Positions 50,198 to 60,480 of a DNA stretch of 64,000 nt are shown in pieces. Under the pieces are notes generated by a model, which was not told the DNA's origin, did no database searches, and saw only the letters and a program-made list of their open reading frames with translations. Every line of letters starts with the position of its first letter. Position 1 is the first letter of the stretch. Both the position numbers and the translations under genes were made by a program. The DNA is from Nannocystis bainbridge (GTDB lineage Bacteria; Myxococcota_A; Polyangia; Nannocystales; Nannocystaceae): positions 1,056,001 through 1,120,000 of the forward strand of contig NZ_JAQNDL010000003.1 in NCBI RefSeq assembly GCF_028368995.1, read 5' to 3'.

Positions 50198-50611
50198 ATG
50201 GACAACCGCGAGCTACACATCCTCCTGGTCGATGACGACGAGGTCGACGTCCTGACCATCAAGCGCGCCTTCCAGCGCAACCGGCTGACCAACCCGATCC
50301 ACGTCGCCCACAACGGGCTCGAGGCGCTCGAGCGCCTGCGCGACGGCTCGCTGGGGCCGCGCCGGCTGGTGCTGCTCGACATCAACATGCCGAAGATGAA
50401 CGGCATCGAGTTCCTGCGGGCCGTGCGCGCCGACCCGGCGCTGCAGGCCACCTCGGTCGTCGTGCTGACGACCTCGAACGAGGAGCGCGACCGCGTCGAC
50501 GCGTTCAAGCTCAACGTCGCCGGCTACCTGCTCAAGCCGGTCAGCTTCGGCAACTTCATCGACCTGATGGCGACGCTCAACAAGTACTGGACCCTGGTCG
50601 AGATGCCGTGA
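50198..50611 (+). CDS. Single-domain response regulator (Rcp1-like)
   Basis: ILLVDDD, LLDINMPKMNG, VLTTS, YLLKP. Confidence 0.95.
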   Translation: MDNRELHILLVDDDEVDVLTIKRAFQRNRLTNPIHVAHNGLEALERLRDGSLGPRRLVLLDINMPKMNGIEFLRAVRADPALQATSVVVLTTSNEERDRVDAFKLNVAGYLLKPVSFGNFIDLMATLNKYWTLVEMP

Positions 50612-52107
50612 CCACGCCTCACCCCGACCTGGACTACGTTTCGAACCCGCGTCCCGGCGAGCCGGTGCGCGTGCTGGTGATCGACGACGACGAGGTCGAC
50701 CGCGAGCTGGTGCGGCGGGCCTTCGCCAAGTCCGGCCTCGAGGTGACGCTGATCGAGGACGACGACCCGATCGCCGCGCTCGAGCGTCTGCGCCGGTCGC
50801 CGGTCGAGGTCGTGCTGCTCGACTATCAGTTCCCGCGCCACGACGGGCTGGTCGTGCTGCGCGGGCTGCGGGAGCTCGACGTGTTCGTGCCGGCGATCGT
50901 GCTCACCGGGCACGAGGACACCGCGCTGGCGGTCGAGCTGATGAAGAACGGCGCGGTCGACTACATCGCCAAGGGCGCGCTGACGCCTCAGCGGCTCGCG
51001 CAGAGCGTCCGCCACGCCCTGCGCCTGCGCGCCTCGGAGCTGGCGACCCGCGCCGCCCAGGAGGCCCTGCGCGCCAGCGAGGAGTTCAGCCGCCGGATCT
51101 TCGAGTCGAGCCACGACGGCATCATCGTGCTCGACCTCGAGGGCCACATCCTTTCGATCAGCCCCGGCGGCCTGCGCCTGCTCGGCGCCGCCGGGCCCGA
51201 CCAGCTGCGCGGCCGCTCGTGGGTCGACCTGTGGAGCAGCGCGCACCGCCAGGAGGTCGCCGGGGCGCTCGCCGAGGCGCTCGCCGGCAAGGTCGGTCGG
51301 GTCGTCGGCCTCGGTCCCACCCTCGACGGCGCGCAGATGTGGTGGGACGTCATCGTCTCGCCGGTGCTCGCCGCCAGCGGCAAGCCCGAGCGGCTGGTCG
51401 CCACGGCGCGCGACGTCACCGAGCAGCGGCGGCAGGCGGAGTTCGAGCAGCAGCTGATCGGCATCGTCAGCCACGACCTGCGCAACCCGCTGTCGGCGAT
51501 GCTGACCGGCGCCTCGCTGCTGTCCGAGCTGCTGCCGCCCGACTCGCCGCTCGCCGAGATCGTGCAGCGCATCGATCGCAGCGGTCAGCGCGCGACCCGG
51601 CTGATCCGCGACCTGCTCGACTTCACGCAGGTGCGCGCCAGCGGGCGGCTCCCGATCGATCCGCAGCCGGTCGAGATCCACGAGGTGTGCCGCCAGGTGG
51701 TCGACGAGGTGGCGCTCAACCATCCCGACCGCCTCATCGTCCATCAGCCCGAGGGCGACGGCGAAGGCAATTGGGATCCCGATCGGCTCGCCCAGGCCGT
51801 CGGCAACCTCGTCCACAACGCGCTCAGCTACGGGCTCTCCGGCACGCCCGTCACCGTGCGCAGCGTCTGCCACGGCGCGCGCGCGCAGGTGCTCGTGCAC
51901 AACATGGGGCCGCCCATCCCGCCGGAGTCGATCCCCTGGCTGTTCCAGCCGTTCCGCCGCGGCGAGCAGCGCCTCGATCGCGAGCGCAGCATCGGCCTCG
52001 GCCTGTTCATCGTCCGCGAGATCGTCGACGCCCACGGCGGGCACGTCGCCGTGCGCTCGGCCGCGGGCGAAGGCACGACCTTCCACATCGAGCTGCCGCG
52101 CGCCTAG
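50608..52107 (+). CDS. Hybrid histidine kinase (REC-PAS-HisKA-HATPase)
   Basis: VLVIDDD, LLDY, SHDLRNPL, NLVHNAL, GLGLFIV. Confidence 0.93.
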   Translation: MTTPHPDLDYVSNPRPGEPVRVLVIDDDEVDRELVRRAFAKSGLEVTLIEDDDPIAALERLRRSPVEVVLLDYQFPRHDGLVVLRGLRELDVFVPAIVLTGHEDTALAVELMKNGAVDYIAKGALTPQRLAQSVRHALRLRASELATRAAQEALRASEEFSRRIFESSHDGIIVLDLEGHILSISPGGLRLLGAAGPDQLRGRSWVDLWSSAHRQEVAGALAEALAGKVGRVVGLGPTLDGAQMWWDVIVSPVLAASGKPERLVATARDVTEQRRQAEFEQQLIGIVSHDLRNPLSAMLTGASLLSELLPPDSPLAEIVQRIDRSGQRATRLIRDLLDFTQVRASGRLPIDPQPVEIHEVCRQVVDEVALNHPDRLIVHQPEGDGEGNWDPDRLAQAVGNLVHNALSYGLSGTPVTVRSVCHGARAQVLVHNMGPPIPPESIPWLFQPFRRGEQRLDRERSIGLGLFIVREIVDAHGGHVAVRSAAGEGTTFHIELPRA

Positions 52108-52143
52108 GCGTCCTCGACGGCCGCGCACGCCGCCGCCGGCGAA

Positions 52144-53703
52144 TCAATCGTAGCGAGTGTCGACCGTCAGGGTCAGCCGCGTGACGGCGCCGCTGGCTGC
52201 GCCCCCGAGGTCCTCGACGGCGAGGAACCAGGTGCCGCCGGCGCTCTCGTCACCCGGCACGCCGACCTTGAACAGCTGCAGATCGATCACCGGCCCGTCC
52301 GCGGTGATGACGGCCGAGCTGGTCCCGGTCGGATTGACGAGGTGCACGGCGAGGCTGTTGGCCGCGTCCTGCACGATCTGCAAGTCGAGGTACGCGGCCG
52401 TCGGCACGGTCGCCACGCCGGAGGCGAGGATCGGCAGCAGCAGCGTGCCGGCGGCGACCAGCTGCGAATCACCGGCAGGGCCGGCGAAGCTGCGGCGCAT
52501 CCAGCCCGGTCGGCACACCCCGTCGCCCTCGCCCTCGAGCCGGTCGAGGCACAGCAGGCCGTTGGCCGGCACGCAGTCGGCGTGCGCGCTGCAAGCTTCA
52601 CCGTCGCCCGGGATCGCGGCCTGGGACACGCAGGTGCCCGGCGCGAGCACGACCCCGCCCTCGCCCTCGAGCACGTCGAAGCACGTGTGCGAATCGCCGC
52701 ACGTCAGCGCGTCCTCGCAGGGCTGGCCCTCGATCGTCTGCTCGACCCCGCAGCGGGTGAACACGTCGGCCTCGATCGCGCCGGCGATCGTCAACGTGTG
52801 CCAGAAGAACAGGCGGCCGTGGCGGGCCCCGTCGTAGCGCGCCGAGAACAGCACGAGCACGCGGTCGGTGCCGACGTCGAGGACCGTGAGCAGCTCGACC
52901 TCGCCCTCGTCGGTGGCGCTCAGGGCCGCTTCCACGGAACCGCTGTCGACCCCGATCTCCGCGCTCGCCCGCAACAGTTGCTCCTGCTCGGTCGCGTCGA
53001 GCTCGGCGGCGCTGGTCACGATGCGCCGATCCATCAGCACGATCCCCGGCGCGAACAGCAGCCCGTCGTACGAGTCCGGCAACAGGCACACGTCGGTGAA
53101 CAGGATCGTCTGCGCGCGACTGATGCACGCCGGCAGCACGGTCTCGACGAACTGCGGATACTCGAGGTCGCAGATCGGGTCGTCCGGCGCGCTCGCGCAG
53201 TGGGCGTCGTAATCGTCGGCGACCGGCTCGGCGTCGCTGCACATGAACAGCAGGTCGAGCAGGAAGTTGCCCGGGGCCAGCTCGGGGTCGCTCTGCAGCG
53301 CGGCGACGCAGGCCAGGATCGCCTGGTCGATCGCCTCGGGGCACTGCAGCGGCACATCGGGATCGCCGGTGGTGCCGGTGGTGCTCGTCGTGCTCGTCGT
53401 GTCCGTGTTCGTCGTGTCCGTGCTCGTCGTGTCCGTGCTCGTCGTGTCCGTGCTCGTCGTGCTCGTGATCTCCGGGCCGGTGGTCGGTTCACCGGTCGTG
53501 ACCTCGCCTGTCGTGACCTCGCCCGTCGTGACCTCGCCCGTGCTCGTCGAGGTGCTCTCCGCCGGCTCGCCGCTGGTCTCGCTCGAAGTCCCCGTCTCGC
53601 CGGCGCTCGTCGTCGCCCCGGTGCCGCCAGGCTCCCCGGCGCAGGCCGTGGCGACGAGCAGAGTGAGCGGGACGAAGCGGGACAGCGCGGCGAAGTTCGA
53701 CAT
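52144..53703 (-). CDS. Lipoprotein with Thr-rich linker, Cys-rich region and C-terminal proprotein-convertase P-like domain
   Basis: Lipobox VATAC; TTSTD/TTGEV 15-bp repeats; LVNPTGT...GDESAGGTWFLAVED. Confidence 0.75.
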   Translation of the reverse strand: MSNFAALSRFVPLTLLVATACAGEPGGTGATTSAGETGTSSETSGEPAESTSTSTGEVTTGEVTTGEVTTGEPTTGPEITSTTSTDTTSTDTTSTDTTNTDTTSTTSTTGTTGDPDVPLQCPEAIDQAILACVAALQSDPELAPGNFLLDLLFMCSDAEPVADDYDAHCASAPDDPICDLEYPQFVETVLPACISRAQTILFTDVCLLPDSYDGLLFAPGIVLMDRRIVTSAAELDATEQEQLLRASAEIGVDSGSVEAALSATDEGEVELLTVLDVGTDRVLVLFSARYDGARHGRLFFWHTLTIAGAIEADVFTRCGVEQTIEGQPCEDALTCGDSHTCFDVLEGEGGVVLAPGTCVSQAAIPGDGEACSAHADCVPANGLLCLDRLEGEGDGVCRPGWMRRSFAGPAGDSQLVAAGTLLLPILASGVATVPTAAYLDLQIVQDAANSLAVHLVNPTGTSSAVITADGPVIDLQLFKVGVPGDESAGGTWFLAVEDLGGAASGAVTRLTLTVDTRYD

Positions 53704-53816
53704 GGCGACTTCTTACGCCATGCCGGCAGGCGCCGCACCCGGTGAACGCCCGCGCGCTGTCGACGATCGCTCACCGAGCTGTACAGCGCGCCGCTCCGTC
53801 CGATATATGAGCGGGG

Positions 53817-55928
53817 ATGTCGAGGCTCTCGCTGTTCGCGTTCGTGCTCGCTTGCACGACGGCATGCCGTCCGTCCCCGAAGCCTGCCTCGCCGGCCGCG
53901 GCCGTGAGCGAGGGCGCCACGAGCCCGGCGTCGGGCGTTCCCCCGCGCGCGGCGAGCGGCGAGCCTGCCAGGCGCGAGGCGGTCGAGACCACCGTCTTTC
54001 ATCTTCACAAGTTCCTGCAGCGCATCGGCGTCGAGCGCGACACTTACACGCGCGACGGCGCGGGCGAGATCGAGGCCAAGGCGTCGTTCGGGTTTCAGGA
54101 CCGCGGCAGCCAGGTCACGCTCGCGGCCTCGTTCCGCCTCGGGCCCGACGGCATGCCGCGCGACTACCAGGCCTGGGGCCGCACCTCGCGGCACTCGTCC
54201 ATCGACGAGCGCATCACCCAGGAGCCTGACGGCTCGTTCACGCACAGCCGCGTCGGCGAGGCGCCGGTGCACGCCGGGGCCCCTGCCGCGTCCGTCATGG
54301 CCTCGGGCTACGCCCCGCTGCTCGCCCAGGACCTGATGCTGCGCGCCTGGGTCGCGCGTGGCCGACCGGCGACCATGACCTTGTTGCCCGCGGCGACGTT
54401 GACGATCGAGACGCGCGGCAAACACGAGCACGAGGTCGAGGGCAAGCGCGTGACCCTCGAGCACGTGAGCGTGCGCGGGCTGGTGTGGGGCCGCGAGGAC
54501 GCGTGGCTCGACGACGCCGGCAAGCTCGTCGCGGTGGTGACGCGCGACGCCGAGTTCGACCACTTCGAGGCCGCGCGCGAGGGCTTCGTCGCGCTCCTGC
54601 CGGAGCTGGTGGCGCGGGCCGGTGCCGACGGCGCCGCGTGGCTGTCGGAGGTCGGTCAGTCGGCGTTGCAGGGGCCGGCCGGGGTCGTGGCCCTCGTCGG
54701 CGCCGACCTCGTCGACGGGACCGGGCGCGCGCCGGTGCGGGACGCCGTCGTCGTCTACGACGGCGACAAGATCGTCGCCGCGGGGCCCCGCGCTTCGACG
54801 CCGATCCCCCCGGGCGCGACCACGATCGACGTCTCGGGCAGCACGATCATACCTGGCCTCTGGGACATGCACGCGCACGTCCAGCAGGTCGAGCAAGGCG
54901 CCGCGTATCTCGCGGCCGGCGTGACCACCGTCCGCGACCTCGGCAACATCCTCGAGTTCGTGACCGGCATCCGCGACGCCATCGACGCCGGCGCTGGCCT
55001 GGGGCCGCGGATCCTCGTCAGCGGCATCGTCGACGGCGACGGCCCTCGTGCTCTCGGCACGGTCCGGATCAAGACCCGCGAGGACATCGCCCCGGTGCTC
55101 GATCGCCTCAAGCGCGCCGGGTGCCTCGAGGTCAAGCTCTACTCGAGCATCGCGCCCTCGCTGGTGCGGGCCATCGCCGAAGCGGCGCATCGCCGCGGCA
55201 TGCGAGTGGTCGGGCACGTGCCGGAGGGCATGCGCGTGCTCGAGGCGATCGCGGCCGGCTACGACGGCGTCAGCCACGTGACGTTCCTGTTCGAGCCGCT
55301 GTTCGCCCCGGGCGAGGCGGCGAAGCTGTCGCGCGAGGCCAGGGGTCGCCGGATCGCGGACGCCGACTTCACGAAGCCGCCGCTCGCGCAGGTGATCCGC
55401 ACCTTCGCCAGCAAGAAGGTGATGCTCGACGACACCCTCGCGCTGTTCGAATTGCTGAACCACACCGCCGACGACAACGCGCGCCGCGAGCCCGGCCTCG
55501 CCAAGCTGCCGCGCGAGCTCCAGGGCCTGTTCGACGGCTCCTCGCCCGAGCAAGCCGCCCTCGACGGCGCGATCTTCGACCGCTTCCTGGCGTTGGTGGG
55601 CGAGCTGCACCGCGCCGGCGTCCCGATCGTCGCGGGCACGGACATCTCGGTGCCCGGCCACTCCTTGCACCGCGAGCTCGAGCTCTACGTCCAGGCCGGA
55701 ATCTCGCCGATGGCCGCGATTCAGGCCGCCACGAGCGTGCCTGCGCGCTTGATGGGGCTCCAGGCCCAGGTCGGCACCGTCGAGCCGGGCAAGCGCGCCG
55801 ATCTGGTGATCGTGAAAGGCGACCCGATCGCCGACATCCGCGCCGTCCGCAAGGTGACGCGGGTGGTCGCGCGCGGGCGCATGTACGATCCGTCCGCGCT
55901 GTGGCGAATCGCTGACTTCGTGCCGTGA
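53817..55928 (+). CDS. Secreted amidohydrolase family protein
   Basis: IIPGLWDMHAH, GVTTVRDLG, VAGTD, GTVEPGKRADLVIV; lipobox TTAC. Confidence 0.92.
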   Translation: MSRLSLFAFVLACTTACRPSPKPASPAAAVSEGATSPASGVPPRAASGEPARREAVETTVFHLHKFLQRIGVERDTYTRDGAGEIEAKASFGFQDRGSQVTLAASFRLGPDGMPRDYQAWGRTSRHSSIDERITQEPDGSFTHSRVGEAPVHAGAPAASVMASGYAPLLAQDLMLRAWVARGRPATMTLLPAATLTIETRGKHEHEVEGKRVTLEHVSVRGLVWGREDAWLDDAGKLVAVVTRDAEFDHFEAAREGFVALLPELVARAGADGAAWLSEVGQSALQGPAGVVALVGADLVDGTGRAPVRDAVVVYDGDKIVAAGPRASTPIPPGATTIDVSGSTIIPGLWDMHAHVQQVEQGAAYLAAGVTTVRDLGNILEFVTGIRDAIDAGAGLGPRILVSGIVDGDGPRALGTVRIKTREDIAPVLDRLKRAGCLEVKLYSSIAPSLVRAIAEAAHRRGMRVVGHVPEGMRVLEAIAAGYDGVSHVTFLFEPLFAPGEAAKLSREARGRRIADADFTKPPLAQVIRTFASKKVMLDDTLALFELLNHTADDNARREPGLAKLPRELQGLFDGSSPEQAALDGAIFDRFLALVGELHRAGVPIVAGTDISVPGHSLHRELELYVQAGISPMAAIQAATSVPARLMGLQAQVGTVEPGKRADLVIVKGDPIADIRAVRKVTRVVARGRMYDPSALWRIADFVP

Positions 55929-56101
55929 AGAGCTCCCGCGCGCGACCGCGGAGCGCCCGGGCCATTTCGCGCCCGGCATCGGCCGAGGAGCTCACCACGG
56001 GCAGAAATGCGAGCTCGCAGGTCCTGTCCTGGATCCCCCGACGTCGCGGTCGCACACGACCTCGCCCGCCCGGGTCCTTGCTCGAGTTAGCCTGGGAAAC
56101 A

Positions 56102-57436
56102 ATGACGCTCTCGCGTGTGCCCCTGGTCCTGCTCGGCTGCTTCGCATCGCTCGCCGTCGTCGCCGGCTGCGGAGCCCAGCCCGCCGACCCCACCGCGAGC
56201 GACAGCGCAGCCACCGAAGAGCCCCCCAGCACCACCAGCACCACCGGCACCAGCACCCCCGCTCCCACCACCAGCACTGGCACCACCAGCGACAGCCCCG
56301 ACGGCACCACCAGCAGCACCGCCGCCGATGACCCCACCACGACGACCACCACCAGCACCACCGACACCAGCGGCGGCCCCGTCGAATGTGGTGACGGCGT
56401 CGTCGGGGTCGGCGAGGAGTGCGACGACGGCAACCTCGTCGACGGAGACGGCTGCGAATCCGACTGCAAGATCGGCGACGTGCTCTGCGGCAACGGTGTG
56501 ATCGACGCGGGCGAGGCTTGCGACGACGGCAACAGCGACCCCGACGACGGCTGCGGACCTGGCTGCGCCACCGAGTGCGGCTTTTTGTGCCTCGAAGGCG
56601 GCGCGCCCTGCATCCCTGGCTTTCACGCGGTCCAGTGCGCCTCTCCCGGCGCGCCCTTCGGCCAGGCGAGCCCGATCGCCAACGAATGCCAGCTCGCCAC
56701 CCTCTCGGTCGCCGGTGACCACATTGCCCTGAGCCCGGGTACCACCATCGACGGCCAGCCCCGCCACCTCGACGCCATGTACACCGACCCGAGCAACGCC
56801 GTGTTCGGCTTCGCCGGCGACACCGAGGATATCGCAACGGGCAGCCGGCTCGTCGCCGTGAACACCGGCACCGGCGAGCTGACGCCCGTGGGGCAGAGCC
56901 TGGGCGCCTGGATCATGGGAGCGGCGATGAACGACGAGGGCGAGCTCTGGGTCACCGTCTTCGACACCTACGAGCGCAATCAGACCACCGAAGTCAGCAT
57001 CGCCCGCATCGACCCCGACTCGGGCGAGTTCATCGCCGGCCCGACTCCGCTCACCGAGGGTGGCGAGCCCGTCACCGTGTGGTCGACCCATGTCAGCGAC
57101 GTCGCCTTCCGCTTCGACGGCTCGATGTTCATCTCGGCCAACGAGCCCGGACCGCCGCCGCCCGAGCCGCTCAGCCGCTACCTCGAGGTCGACCGGGCCA
57201 CCGCCACCGTGCTCTCCGCGGTCGAGGGCCCCGACGATCTCTACGCCGCCGGCATCGTCTTCGTCGGCGACGCGCAGCAGATCATCGCCATGGACATCCG
57301 CGGCGAGGACGACATCTTCATCCTCGATCTCTCGGCGCCGCCCACCTTGAACGAGACCCTGCTCTACGCCGACCCGATCCCCACCAACAGCGGGACCTCC
57401 GACCTCGCCGGCTGCTCCAAGCTCGTGCCGCAGTGA
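56102..57436 (+). CDS. Lipoprotein with Myxococcus Cys-rich (DUF4215-like) repeats and a beta-propeller-like C-terminus
   Basis: Lipobox VAGC; Thr tract; CGDGVVGVGEECDDGN and CGNGVIDAGEACDDGN. Confidence 0.8.
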   Translation: MTLSRVPLVLLGCFASLAVVAGCGAQPADPTASDSAATEEPPSTTSTTGTSTPAPTTSTGTTSDSPDGTTSSTAADDPTTTTTTSTTDTSGGPVECGDGVVGVGEECDDGNLVDGDGCESDCKIGDVLCGNGVIDAGEACDDGNSDPDDGCGPGCATECGFLCLEGGAPCIPGFHAVQCASPGAPFGQASPIANECQLATLSVAGDHIALSPGTTIDGQPRHLDAMYTDPSNAVFGFAGDTEDIATGSRLVAVNTGTGELTPVGQSLGAWIMGAAMNDEGELWVTVFDTYERNQTTEVSIARIDPDSGEFIAGPTPLTEGGEPVTVWSTHVSDVAFRFDGSMFISANEPGPPPPEPLSRYLEVDRATATVLSAVEGPDDLYAAGIVFVGDAQQIIAMDIRGEDDIFILDLSAPPTLNETLLYADPIPTNSGTSDLAGCSKLVPQ

Positions 57437-57539
57437 GCGAGCCCCGCCGCGCGGCGCCGTGCGACGCTGGGACGCGGCCTGCAGGCGAATCGAGCGGTCG
57501 CCGTTTCGCGCCCGGGGCTTCCCGCGTACATTGATTGCC

Positions 57540-58355
57540 GTGTCTGCCGAGATCGATCTCCCCGCCTATCTCGAGCGCATCGGCCACGTCGGTCCCACCG
57601 CGCCCACGCTCGCCACGCTGGCTGCCCTGGTGAAGGCCCACGCGGCCGCGATCCCGTTCGAGAACCTCGACCCGCTGATCGGCCGCACCCCGGCGCTCGA
57701 TCTCGCCGGCCTCCAGCGCAAGCTCGTGCACGGCGGCCGCGGCGGCTACTGCTTCGAGCACAACCTGCTGCTCTCGCACGTCCTGCGCGCCCTCGGCTAC
57801 GCGGTGCGCGGCCTCGCGGCCCGCGTCACCTGGAATCAACCCGAAGGCCACGTCGGCCCGCGCAGCCACATGCTGCTGCACGTTGTGCTCGACGGTCAGC
57901 CGCACCTCGTCGACGTCGGCTTCGGCGGCATGACCCTGACCGGCGTCTTGCGCCTCGTCGTCGACGAGGCCCAGCCGACCCCGCACGGGCCGTTCCGCCT
58001 GCGCGAGGACGGCGGCTATTTTCTCATGCAGGCGCAGGTGCGCGGCGAATGGCGCGGCCTCTACCGCTTCGATCTGGCGGAGCAGATCCAGCCCGACTAC
58101 GAGGTCTCCAACTACTTCCTGTCCACCCACCCGGCCTCGCACTTTCGCACCGGCCTGATGGCCGCGCGCACCCTGCCCGACCGCCAGCTCGCCCTCGCCG
58201 ACCGCCGATTCGCGATCCACCACCTCGGCGGCGACACCGAGCGCCACGTGCTCGACAGCACCGACGCGCTGCGCCGCGTCCTCGCCCACGAGTTCGAGAT
58301 CGCCGTGCCCGCCGACCCCGAGCTGACCGCGGCCCTCGACTGCCTGCAGCGGTGA
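57540..58355 (+). CDS. Arylamine N-acetyltransferase
   Basis: YLERIG, IPFENLD, RGGYCFEHN (catalytic Cys), HMLL, VDVGFG. Confidence 0.95.
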   Translation: MSAEIDLPAYLERIGHVGPTAPTLATLAALVKAHAAAIPFENLDPLIGRTPALDLAGLQRKLVHGGRGGYCFEHNLLLSHVLRALGYAVRGLAARVTWNQPEGHVGPRSHMLLHVVLDGQPHLVDVGFGGMTLTGVLRLVVDEAQPTPHGPFRLREDGGYFLMQAQVRGEWRGLYRFDLAEQIQPDYEVSNYFLSTHPASHFRTGLMAARTLPDRQLALADRRFAIHHLGGDTERHVLDSTDALRRVLAHEFEIAVPADPELTAALDCLQR

Positions 58356-58400
58356 ATGACTCTCGGGACATGTCTAAACAGGCATGTCCCGAGAGACACC
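58355..58400. repeat. 14-bp-phased CATG array / palindrome
   Basis: CATG at 58369 and 58383 in TCTCGGGACATGTCTAAACAGGCATGTCCCGAGA. Confidence 0.85.
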
Positions 58401-58442
58401 TCCTTGACCCGGCGCCGCGCTTGGCCCGCGGAGCCGCGGAGC

Positions 58443-58940
58443 TCAGGTCCCGGCCAGGGTGCGGATGTGCTGCACGAGCGCGGGGTACGCGGCGGCCGCG
58501 GCCTGCAGCGTCTCCTGGGCGGTGCCGAAGCTGCGGCCCGGATCGAGCGTGCGCACCCACGCCTGCATCGGCGCCGAGGCCTCGAAGGGATCGCGCAATT
58601 CGCCGTTGTCACCGACGCCGATCGGCTCGACCCCGCAGGCGATGAGCCAGGCGAAATCGATCAGGTCGCGGCCGAGCACCGCCACCTCGCCGTCGCGGCC
58701 GAGCTTGACGACAGGGGCATGGTCGCCATCGAGTTCGCCCACCAGGTGCAGCGCATACTGACCGCCGGCGCCGTCCTGCACGAAGGTGAAGAACTCCTCG
58801 TCGGCGGCAGGATTGCGCATCCAGTGCGACGGCCGGTACTCCTGATTGTACTGCTCGTAGAACTCGAGGTCGCTCACGGTGCAGCGCCCGTTCATGACCC
58901 AGTCAGAGAGCTGTTCGACGAGAGAGGGAAACGCCTTCAT
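58443..58940 (-). CDS. SMI1/KNR4 (SUKH)-like putative immunity protein
   Basis: FVQDGAGGQYAL...PVVKLGRDGEVAVLGRDLIDFAWLI resembles the SUKH-type signature. Confidence 0.65.
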   Translation of the reverse strand: MKAFPSLVEQLSDWVMNGRCTVSDLEFYEQYNQEYRPSHWMRNPAADEEFFTFVQDGAGGQYALHLVGELDGDHAPVVKLGRDGEVAVLGRDLIDFAWLIACGVEPIGVGDNGELRDPFEASAPMQAWVRTLDPGRSFGTAQETLQAAAAAYPALVQHIRTLAGT

Positions 58941-59161
58941 GCCTACCCGATAGCACGGCGCCGCGCCGTCGTGGCGAAAATCACCCGCGGCGCGGCGACC
59001 CACGGCAACCTCGGCGAAACTCGCCGACGAACGATCGCGGCGCCGCGGTTTCGCCAGGGCGCGAATGTCCGGAGTCGCAGGCTCACAAACCGATCGCGGC
59101 CGGAGCGGGCATCCTGTCCTTCATACGTCGCGCCGGACATCCCGGCGCCTGAGGAATAACC

Positions 59162-60418
59162 ATGCCTAAAGACTCGAACCCGACCACGAATTGCAATGTC
59201 CACACCTTCAACCCGTACGACGGCGAGCAGCTCCGCGACCCGCACGCGATGTTCGCCGAGATGCGCCGCGATCGGCCGGTGTTCTGGAGCCCCGAGCTCG
59301 GGATGTGGGTCGTCAGCCGTCACGGCGACATCTGCAGCGTCCTCCGCGACCCGGCCCGCTTCTCCTCGCAGGACGCCTTCGCTATCGGCGCCGACCTGAC
59401 CCCCGAGGCCACGGCGCTGCTGGCCACCGGTCACCCGCACACGCGCACGCCGATCGACAGCGACGGGCCTGAGCACGCCCGCCTGCGGCGGATCGTCGGC
59501 AGCGCGCTGAACGGCAAGATGGTCGAGCGGTGGGGTCCGCGGATCCGCGAGCTCGCGCGCGAGCTGCTCGACGGCTTCGCAGACGCCGGTCGGGTCGACA
59601 TCGCCGCCGAATTCGCGGAGCCGTTCCCGTTGCGGGTGATCCTCGACATGCTCGGCGTGCCGCTGGCCGACCTGCCGCAGATCAAGCGGTGGAGCGACGA
59701 CTGGTTCGAGCTGATCTTCGCCCGCGTGCCGCCCGCGCAGCACGTCGCGCGCGTCGAGAGCTACCTCGAGTTCCAGCGCTATTGCGAGCGCATGATCGCC
59801 GCGCGCGAGGCGAACCCGGGCGAGGATGCCATGAGCGAGATGCTGCGGGCGGGGCGCGAGGAATCCGTGCCGCCGTCGCGCGCCGAGCTGATCTCGCTGA
59901 TCGCCGGGGCCTTCATCGCCGCCGGCCACGAGACGAGCAGCCGCATGCTCAGCAACACCATGCGCGTGCTGCTGACCACGCCCGGCGCGTGGGCGGCGAT
60001 CGTCGCCGACCCGACCCGGATCGCCCGCGATCTCGAGGAGGCGCTGCGTTTCGAGAGCACGGCGCTCGGCATGGTCCGCGTCGCCACCGCGGAGGTCGTG
60101 GTCGGCGGTCAGACCATCCCCGCCGGCGCCCGCCTGTACCTGCTGTACGCCTCCGGCAGCCGCGACGAAGCCCAGTTCCGCTGCCCGGCGAGCTTCGACC
60201 CGGCGCGGGCCAACGTCATGGACCACCTCGGCTTCGGCCGCGGCGCGCACTACTGCGTCGGCGCCCTGCTGGCGCGCGCGGAGGCCCGGATCGCGCTCGA
60301 GCTGTTCGCCGAGCGCCTGCCCGGGCTGCGCCTCGCGGCCGAGCCGGACCCGGTCCATCGCTCGCACACGACGATCCGCGGCCCGGTGTCGATGTGGGTC
60401 GAGTGGGACGTCGCCTGA
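59162..60418 (+). CDS. Cytochrome P450
   Basis: AGHETS (I-helix), EEALRF (ExxR), FGRGAHYCVG (heme Cys). Confidence 0.97.
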   Translation: MPKDSNPTTNCNVHTFNPYDGEQLRDPHAMFAEMRRDRPVFWSPELGMWVVSRHGDICSVLRDPARFSSQDAFAIGADLTPEATALLATGHPHTRTPIDSDGPEHARLRRIVGSALNGKMVERWGPRIRELARELLDGFADAGRVDIAAEFAEPFPLRVILDMLGVPLADLPQIKRWSDDWFELIFARVPPAQHVARVESYLEFQRYCERMIAAREANPGEDAMSEMLRAGREESVPPSRAELISLIAGAFIAAGHETSSRMLSNTMRVLLTTPGAWAAIVADPTRIARDLEEALRFESTALGMVRVATAEVVVGGQTIPAGARLYLLYASGSRDEAQFRCPASFDPARANVMDHLGFGRGAHYCVGALLARAEARIALELFAERLPGLRLAAEPDPVHRSHTTIRGPVSMWVEWDVA

Positions 60419-60461
60419 TTGTCTCCAAGGACATGTTCGAATGAACATGTCCTGAGAGACT
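60418..60461. repeat. 14-bp-phased CATG array / palindrome
   Basis: CATG at 60432 and 60446 (GGACATGTTC-GAAT-GAACATGTCC). Confidence 0.85.
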
Positions 60462-60480
60462 CCTCGGCACCGCGGCGCCC

